Below are positions 54,961 through 64,000 of a stretch of DNA of 64,000 bases, one piece after another. A model generated the notes under the pieces. It did not search any database, was not told the DNA's origin, and worked only from the letters and a program-made list of their open reading frames with translations. The position numbers and the translations under genes were made by a program. The DNA is from Octopus sinensis (taxonomy: Eukaryota): NCBI RefSeq assembly GCF_006345805.1, contig NC_042997.1:180172001-180236000 (forward strand), in the 5' to 3' direction. How positions within the stretch are numbered: the stretch's first letter is position 1; each line of letters starts with the position of its first letter.

Positions 54961-55048
54961 GGGCAATTTTGCTGCTTTTCTTATTTTCTTTTGTTGGGGT
55001 TAAAATTATATATATATATTTTTTTGCTTGGGGTTAAATTTATATATT

Positions 55049-55098
<50 letters not shown>

Positions 55099-55148
55099 GA
55101 TGGATAGATACATACATACATAGATACACAGGTGTAAATATAGATAAA

Positions 55149-55602
55149 CAGGATGGGATGGGTAAATTGTCTTCATGTTATATTTTTTAATTTCGCGCAT
55201 CGGCGTTGATTGTTTCTGATTTTGACGATTACACAGTGTAGTAGGGTCAGCTGGGAACCGTCCGTGAGTAAAACAGCACCAAGACGCAATTCACTCTGCC
55301 AGGAATTTGGAAACAACATGCTGTACTGCTTGGGATTGTCGTCAGAAACACCAGAACGTATATTACAGAGTGTTTGGGTGTCAATCTGTGGACAGTGTAA
55401 TCTGCGGACATGTATTGAGAGTGATAAAAATCAAACAACCAGTCAACATCATAATTGTTTGGGTGATAACTAGTGATCGCGACGTTATGCCACTATTCAT
55501 CTTCCCACACGGGCCCTGCATTAAGTGCCCGGAGGAGGTGGATACTCGAAGATACGACATCTGGCAACAAGAATCTGCAACATGCCAGACAATGAGAGAG
55601 CC

Positions 55603-55637
<35 letters not shown>

Positions 55638-55855
55638 GCGCGCCTGTCACCTGGCCACCTTACCCCAAAGACTGCAACCCTCTTGATTATTACGCTTGGG
55701 GCGCAGTTGAGCGAGAGACCAACAAAACTCCAGTTCAATGATGAACTGAAAGCAAAGATTATGACACCATTCATCAACTTAAACAAGAAGACCGTTCAGA
55801 AGAGTTGTAGGATATTTACGTAAAAATATTTCAAGATATTCTTATGTAAGGTTCG
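55149..55855 (+). mobile_element. maT-like transposon fragment with large internal deletion
   Basis: Terminus CAGGATGGGATGGGTAAATTG; N-terminus TQFTLP..HAVLLGI..ECLGVNL; core ITSDRDVMPLFIFPHG, WQQESATC, WPPYPKDCNPLDYYAWGAVERETNK, DELKAKIM. Confidence 0.85.
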
Positions 55856-55858
55856 TAA

Positions 55859-55965
<107 letters not shown>

Positions 55966-56619
55966 CGAGTGTATCAGTTTGTTGTAGTTCCTCCGATTTC
56001 ATTTCCGCAAGCCTTTCAGGAAACGCACATTTACACAAATAGATCTCACACGTTGAGACTTCGGTTAGAAGTAGTTTTGAGAACTTTCGGAGCATATTAA
56101 CTCTTTGTCTGCGGCAACTTTGTTGCTATCAGTTTCCATAACATTAATATTTTTCTCATCTCTTTTCTGCTTTATAATTTCTCTATTTCAAATGTCAATA
56201 TTGACTTATCTATACTCTTAAAACCGTATTTCTTGATAATATCACTTCCAGAAAAAATAGTTTTGAAGGCTGGTCTGGAATAAAAAATCTGCAGAGATGA
56301 TAACGATTCAAATTTAAAAAACATTAACTATTATCATTAAAAGAAATATTAATGATAACATCTTAATCTCACCTATTTTCTCGGAAAGAGATTTCTAAAA
56401 AAATACTTAATATACATAATTGAGTAAACAAAACTTTGAGATCAACCAAAGTAAACAGATATCCATAAGACGAATTTCACGTGGACGCGTGTGTATCACT
56501 ATGTACACATAGCTCTCCTGTCCAACAGCCTTTTTCTGACCAGTCACCATGATTGAGCATTGACCCCTAAACCCTTTTTTTTTTCATTTTCTCTCTCCGT
56601 TTATTTCCTCCTGTTCTAT

Positions 56620-56745
56620 TTATTCCTTTGAAGAGAATAGGCTCGAAAGGTAAAAGACTTACTCAACTTCCCGAGCGTCAAACTAATACACCTGCTTCTT
56701 GTTCATACCCCTGTCTTCGCCTTTTGTTTTTCTGTCAATTTCAAC
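56620..56745 (+). repeat. Short HHR-like cassette, decayed
   Basis: CTTTGAAGAGAATAGGCTCGAAAGGTAAAAG..GAGCG; related copy at 60808-60975(-). Confidence 0.55.
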
Positions 56746-56746
56746 T

Positions 56747-56802
<56 letters not shown>

Positions 56803-59335
56803 TGTATGTATATATAATGTGCGCGTGTGTTTATATATATATTATATATACATTTTTTTATTTTTTTAATTTTATGTTATCTAGTTTCAGCTCACGAGCT
56901 GTGGCCATGCTGGGGCACAGCGTATATATATATATGTATACATAAATAGATGGATAGATAGACAGAGAGAGAGAGAGAGAGAGAGACTGATAGGTATAGA
57001 GAATATGGTGTGTTTGCGTATGTGCGCCTCTGTGTGTGTACTTGCATGTAGTTGCGTTTGTTTGCATGTAGCCATTTATATCATTGAGGTGGTAAACACA
57101 AAATAAAATCACCTAGTAAATAATTCCAAAACTCAAAATAAGAACTGAAGCATATACACTGCAGCCATGTGGTATACAATAACGCCATTCATTGATTTCC
57201 CCAACAGTTCTGATAAAGAAAGCATTGCTTTCTATATTTTATCTATTGTAATTTTCTAGTTGATAGCTATTTCATTATCTGACTCCCCCGGCCGTATATT
57301 CTATCTGTCTCTATATCTTCATCTCTCTGTATGCTTATGTAACTCTCTTTATTTCTCTCTGTACATTACCTGTCATTTTATTTCTCCCCCAACGTACTCC
57401 ACATGTAATCACACACGTTTTTGATTTTCAGCAGTGGGAAATAAAGGAAAGATTGAAAATTAGAAACACACATATACTTACATACACGCCTAACCACACA
57501 GAAACAAGTGTGCAGACGCATGCATGTATAAATGCATGCTTATAAAGATCTCCTCACACGCTCTTATGTATGTGCATACAATTATGCTCGATGCAGATAC
57601 AAATATTGTGATGTAGATATACAAACACGCGTTTTCTTCCATGAACATAGCAGAAAGGTTTGAATGTCTATCATTTCCGCTATTAACTTTTAGATGATTA
57701 GATTTAACCTCGTCTATATACACGTATGGCGGTGTATATAAAGATAAAGAGTTGTGCTCGCGCGTGTGGTGTGGGATATATGCACTTAATTGATTTTCAA
57801 TATTGAGGAAATTTCCTTTAAACGCAGTATATTCTCAGCTTTGATGCAGTTGAAATTTCAAGTTCTATAAAAGGAAATAAATTTTGATATAAGACGGTTT
57901 AGAATTTTGTCGATGAATGTGACGCTCTGTAGTGTTTTATCATCGTTTTATGGATTCAATGTGCCAAAAATCTAATTATGCTACATACTGTGGCCATACA
58001 ATGAACTCCAAGTATAATGTGACAATTTGTAAAAGGTGGGGGAACTGTTTGAATATATCATATTTTCAGAATTTATGGGATTAGTTTAAAACAGATGTAA
58101 TATGCGTAGAAATATTCACTTTACCTACCAGATTTAATATCTCGCACAAAGTTTGGACGTTTTATGATTTTAGAAGTTCATAAATTTTGGCAATGTACTT
58201 AATTATATTTACATATATTGCAGGAAAATCTCACGAATATAAACAAACCAAAACTACACGAGTATGTTTGTCATGTCAATAAATTTTCAATATTTTTAAG
58301 AACCATTTCTTGATGGCTTATGATATATATGATAATATATTTTCTTATTTCCTTTATATATATTTTTATCACTTCATTCTTTTATATCACATATCAATTC
58401 GGATGTGATAATTTTTCTCTATATTTTCTTTGAAGCTTATAGGTTATTTAATGTATTTTTTAAAATTTTTAGCATTGCAAATTTGTTTTCCATTCAATCG
58501 CCAATGCGATGATTTGAATAATCTATGGAAGTAAACGACTGTAACACTTAGTAAGTAATAAATTTCAATGCATAAAATAAAATAGGAAAAAGTTTAGCAT
58601 ATAAAGGGAAATATATACATAAAAATAATAATAAATTATATATACCCATACAGATATACTTCACAAATGTTAACAGCTATGCAATACTTTATATGACGCC
58701 GTTTTTATAATGTGATATTATGGGTGTGTGGTTATAATGCATAATCATTCTAGAAGATACATCTAGCATATAGCTAATACTGAGAGGCAAACTGTCATAT
58801 GGCAGCTATTTTCACAGCAAATGCCAAAGGTTTCTACTCATGAGAAAGAATGACACTTGTACCTCGCCACCCTATTCGCGAATATATGAAAACACATAAA
58901 ATCCTTTTAAATTCAAGTCCTTGTATGCTACTTGATGATGGAGCTCTCCCTTTGGATTTTGTTTAAAAGGGCCATTCACTTCACCTTTGTTATTCAGCAA
59001 AATGTACTTGATCAATCATATTTATAAAGGTATTCCAGCCATGACTTTGTTCATCAATATGAATAAAAGCATGGCTATCTGGACATTTTAGGCGTAGTGT
59101 TTACTTGATAACAATATAATCTATTAGGGATTAATTTGAAATAGATTCCTTTGTCATGTCAAGCCATTCAAAATCTCACATACTGGTTAATTCACTGGAC
59201 GATCTTCTCAATACTCTCACCTAAGAAGGTATTACGATTAACAAACATTACCAAATTGAAACTAATAATCTCTGAATTAATATGCTGAATGTAGCTTTGA
59301 TTCAATAGTTATAGTCAATTCTAAAAGAACTGTTT

Positions 59336-59406
<71 letters not shown>

Positions 59407-59414
59407 CTCTCTCT

Positions 59415-59455
<41 letters not shown>

Positions 59456-59493
59456 CAACAATTTAGATTCAAATGAATATGGTACTTAATTTA

Positions 59494-60455
59494 GGTGCAC
59501 CGGAATTTTGTATGGTGTTATCCATAAAAAATTTGCCGGGTGATTATAATCAAAAAGACCGGATTTAGTTCTATGGAACAGAGACCGGGGAGTAGGTATT
59601 TTACTAGAACTGACAGTACCTTGGGAAGAGAACATCGGCAACGCAGAGGAACGAAAGGAGAAGAGGTATGTAAAGCTAATCGAAGAATGCAGAGAACAGG
59701 GAGGGAATGTCGAATATTATCACCTGGCAGTGGGGGCTAGAGGCTTCATTGAAAAGAAAATGACAACGCTTTTCAAAAGAAGATTTGTTTTTTCTATCCA
59801 CGAGCTGCGTAAACTAATAAGGAGAGTACAGGAGGCGGTCGAAAAAGCCAGCTTCTATATATGGCTGAAGCGGGAATACCGAAAATGGCTTGAAAATCAT
59901 AAACACGCCGACGGGAAATAACATCATTAGGTGAGACAAGCTGACTGACAGGTGACGGTCGTTTAGAAAAAGCGCGGGCTAAAACTACGCGCCTTCACTA
60001 GTCAGTTAAGGTGAGTCAGTGTCACATGACAAATTGCTGGGGCTGCATGCTGACAGATGACGGTCGTTTAGAAAAAGCGCGGGATAAAACTACGCGCCTT
60101 CACTAGTCAGTTAAGGTGAGACAGTGTCACGTGACAACTTGCTGGGGGATGGCTGCTGGAGACTATGCAGCAGGTATTTAAAGGGAGAAATTTGAAAAGA
60201 CAGTCAGTCACCGGCTGACACTCGCTGACGATACATCGAAGAGGCCAGGGAACAAAAGAAAGAAGAAGAAAGAAGACATGCACCCAACACCAGAGCGTAA
60301 AACACATCTGAAAGGGGGGTGGTACCGCACGTCAAAACTGTAGAGAAGTAGGGGCCGAAACCGGACGTGGTTCCTCCCGATGATGTCTTGAGCTAACTGG
60401 ATCCTATAAAAGAGCTGTTGTGGTAGCAGACCACGAAACACGGTTGTAATTCCTC
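59494..60455 (+). mobile_element. 5'-truncated HERO/NeSL-type LINE with long 3' UTR and 10-bp TSD
   Basis: Stop-free frame 59550-59921 KRPDLVLW..LLELTVPWEEN..EERKEKRY..LIEECR..VGARGF..EKAS.YIWLKR; direct repeat ACTTAATTTA at 59484-59493 and 60456-60465. Confidence 0.85.
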
Positions 60456-60568
60456 ACTTAATTTAAGCAAATATTATCGAATTGAAGGTTATAATGCGTA
60501 TATATTGTCTAGTAAACGTACTTATGTGCTCGTATTCGCGTATCTATCCATTCATGTTTACATGCGTA

Positions 60569-60611
<43 letters not shown>

Positions 60612-60773
60612 TGTGTATATGTATGTTTGTGTGTGTCTATGAGCCTGTATGTATTTGTGTATATATATATATACATATATACAGAAATATATATGAACAT
60701 ATATATATATATATATACTCTTTTACTCTTTTACTTGTTTCAGTCATTTGACTGAGGCCATGCTGGAGCACCG

Positions 60774-60807
<34 letters not shown>

Positions 60808-60809
<2 letters not shown>

Positions 60810-60975
60810 AGAGTTCACGAAAAAAAAAACAAGAGACGAAGACATGTGGTGTACAAAATAAACAGATGTATTAGTATAACGCTCAGGAGTAGAAAAAGTC
60901 CTTTACGTTTCGAGCCTACGCTCTTCTACACAAAGGGACACAGAGAAAAAAAAGCAAGGAGAAACAAGGAGAACC
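60808..60975 (-). repeat. Short HHR-like cassette beside a (TA)n array
   Basis: Minus strand CCCTTT-GTGTAGA-A-GAGC(GTAG)GCTC-GAAA-CGTA-AAGG; core 5' half non-canonical. Confidence 0.6.
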
Positions 60976-61015
60976 TTGTAATCAGTCATTTAAGTGCTTA
61001 ATATATCATCTAATT

Positions 61016-61054
<39 letters not shown>

Positions 61055-61114
61055 CATATACCAAAGGTACACTCGCGATCATATATAAATATATATATAT
61101 ATATACGTATATAT

Positions 61115-61457
61115 AGCCGCTCAGTTGAAGTGGACTTTCGGTCACTCGTTGGATCAGTGTCCTCCAGTCAGTTCTATCCTTGGCCGCTTCTTTCAGATTG
61201 GCTATGCCCATTCCGGTATCACTCTTGATGGTGTCAAGCCAGCGGGTTCTTTGTCGGCCTCTTCCTCTCTTCCCACTGTCCATTCCGAGCATGATGTCCT
61301 TCTCCAGGGATTTTCTCCGCATAATATGACCGAAATATGCCAATCCATGCTTGGTGATCCTAGCTTCTAGAGACATTTTCGGCCTTATCTGCTTAAGAAC
61401 TTCTCCATTGGTGAGCCTCGCTGTCCATGGAATCCGTAAAACTTTTCTCCAACACCA
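61115..61457 (-). mobile_element. RTE (BovB-like) LINE 3' fragment
   Basis: Stop-free WCWRKVLRIPWTAR..LAYFGHIMRR..GKRGRGRQRTRWLD..DRTDWR, flanked by microsatellites. Confidence 0.92.
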
Positions 61458-63025
61458 TATGTGTGTGTATGTATGTGTGTTAGTGTGTATACTAACATAT
61501 ATGTACTTACGCAGACCCATATACTTATATATTTTTGTATATCATTACACTTAGTTATACATTCATGAGAGTCACATTACATAGTATAAAGATTTAAATG
61601 CATCTGTGTATGTGTAAACTGTCTTTACTATGTTTTTACATTAAGTATATTACAGATATTGCTGTTTTTATCTAATACTAATTTAAGTCATAACATCTAA
61701 TATCACCCGAAGTTTACCCCCCCACGTGCGTTGAGAAACAACTGCGAAGATGGGTGGAATGATTACATAAACATATCTGTGTATATGTTTGTGTATGTAT
61801 TTATGTATGTGTATGTATGTATGTATTTATGTATGTGTATATGTGTGAGAAGCATCGGTATAAGTAAGTTTGATTTATAAGCAATGACCTGGTTAGTACC
61901 AATTTGTCTCATGTAAGAATTATCTCTACTCATTATGTATTGATGAAGGAATTCTAACCAAGAAAGAACAAGTAACTTACTTGGTCGATGGTATTTGTAG
62001 GATCGATAGTAGAATATTTATATAAATTTACATTACTTACCCTTACAGTTTTTCATTGCAGAATGAAAAACATTTTCCATTATGGAGAGAAAATTCTATC
62101 ATTTCTGAGGAAATGGTTTTCTTATTATTGTTTATCTTATATTATATTCAAGAAAGCTATTTTGCATTCTGTCAACCAAGTGTTTTTCCTCTTTAAGAGA
62201 AAATATATCAGTTTTACATTTTACAGATTTATTACATACGTATAACATTCATGTATACATACGTATATTTATGAGTGTTTTTTTTTGTGTGTACTGTGTA
62301 CGTGTGTATGTGTGTGTGCGCATGCGTGTGGGTGTGAATCGGTGCGTATAGATATAATGTAGATATGTAGGTAGGTAGATAGATAGATAGATAACATCTA
62401 TATGGTTCCACTTTATTCGAATATATTGAAACATTTTGTTGCTTTTTCTTTTATTCAGATCCCTATGTGTCATGCTGAAATTATCCAATTTATTATGTAT
62501 TCGACGAGCACGAGTCTAAGGTGACAGAAATGAAAGCATATTGAAATATTGACACCAATTTCGCTATCATTTCTTCTTCTCTTACAAAAACTTATAATGT
62601 GAGGGAAATTTTTTTGTTACATGTATTTATATAAGATTAAAAAGTCATTCCCATACAAGAAGATACAAAGAAATGTTTATGCACTCTACTAAAAAGTATT
62701 GAGTAATCCTTCAGTTACGTTTTAATGTTTTTATATGTGAGTCAGCAGGAGAAGAAGCATTCATGTACATATACATATAAATATATGTGTGTGATTGTGT
62801 GTGTGGGTGTGTGTCTGTACATGTATGTATGTATGTATGTATACACACACACATATATATACATATGCATGTATACATGCATATTATTACAAACACATAC
62901 AAACCTAGACTCACATAAACGCACACACACAAGCACAAACACATACACGCACAAACACACACAGGTATATATATATATATAAACGGCGGTGCATCGGCAT
63001 GGCCGCAGCTCTGAGCTGAAACTAG

Positions 63026-63067
<42 letters not shown>

Positions 63068-63677
63068 CTATATACCTATGCATATTATATATATACGTGT
63101 GTATATATATGTGTGTATATATATATGTATGTGTGAATGTGCGTATGTGAGAGAGTGTGTGTACGTGCGAGTGTGTGTGTAATTATCCTTAGGATATGTT
63201 GACAGAATTCACGTGGGTTCTCTGTACATGCTATTTATATAACGAATTTAGATTCCTTTATCTGTCAACAATTTTTCAATTTATTACTTTTATAGGAATT
63301 TCTAATTATACTCATGAAACCAGAAATCGATTGCATATCTATTTTAAATCTATTGCCTAAACTCAACTCTCCAGATCCCAGCTCTCTTGAACGTATCATC
63401 TGAAATGAATTTTCTGATTCGCAATTCTTTTCAGTTGCTATTTGAACAACAGTAAAGGTATGAAAACAAATATAATTTTTCGTTCACATCACTTCATATC
63501 ACTCTTTTTTATGGTAATTTTGTTTCCCAATTTTTAATATTACACGAATAGTGCAGAATAATTTCCTAAAATACTTCAGAGTAATCTATGAATATTTAAT
63601 TAAAAAATCAAACATTTCATTCATAGTCATTCAGCATACATTTTCCGAAGATTTTTTGTAACTTTTGAGATATATGA

Positions 63678-63680
<3 letters not shown>

Positions 63681-63727
<47 letters not shown>

Positions 63728-63873
63728 TATTGCTAGTAGTGGTAGTAGTAGTATTAGAGTAGTATAGTAGTGGTGGTGGTGCTGGTGGTGGTGGTGGTGG
63801 TGGTAGTAGTATTGGTAGTAGTATTGGTAATAGTAGTAGCAGCAACAGCAGCAGCAGTAGTAGTAGTAGTAGT
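63681..63873. repeat. Compound (ATT)n/(GTA,GTG,GCA)n microsatellite
   Basis: Direct reading. Confidence 0.93.
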
Positions 63874-63882
63874 ACGTCAACG

Positions 63883-64000
63883 AGCTGATAGATTCTTTAG
63901 CACGCTGGGGTAATTGGCAAAATGTTTAGCGGCATTTCATCCGTACTTAGGTTCTGAGTTCAAATTCTGATGAGATCAACTTTACCTGTTATCACGTTGG
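63883..64000 (+). mobile_element. SINE type C, diverged, cut by the window end
   Basis: GAGCTGATAGA..GGCAAAATGTTTAGCGGCATTTC..GAGTTCAAATTC aligns with the type C head. Confidence 0.75.

Noticed and set aside
60340-60445. Complete hammerhead in the LINE 3' UTR
   Set aside because: Half motifs are present but no arrangement gave all three helices around a canonical core.

Overview
AT-rich, microsatellite-saturated eukaryotic non-coding DNA with no recognisable host-gene exon, rRNA or true tRNA gene. The SINE/LINE repertoire looks like that of an octopus-type cephalopod (inference from recalled repeat families, no search run). The window is mostly transposon debris: three maT-like (Tc1/mariner) elements, one full length with TIRs and a TA TSD; a Tc1 end; a Gypsy integrase remnant; R4/Dong-, HERO- and RTE-type LINE 3' ends; at least four tRNA-headed SINE types; a TTAGGG-carrying MITE; and remnants of at least three Penelope-like element (PLE) types. 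The main unexplained signal is a dense set of type I hammerhead ribozymes (HHRs) from several unrelated sequence families, read by eye. Those with a legible helix III nearly all have a palindromic one. Four have intact cores (3149, 8270, 13657, 45145). One caps a long interrupted RNA rod, one family carries a tRNA-derived Pol III head, and three loci are head-to-head inverted pairs. The long ORFs in the supplied track that are not transposon-derived are microsatellite artefacts. All folds and alignments are manual.
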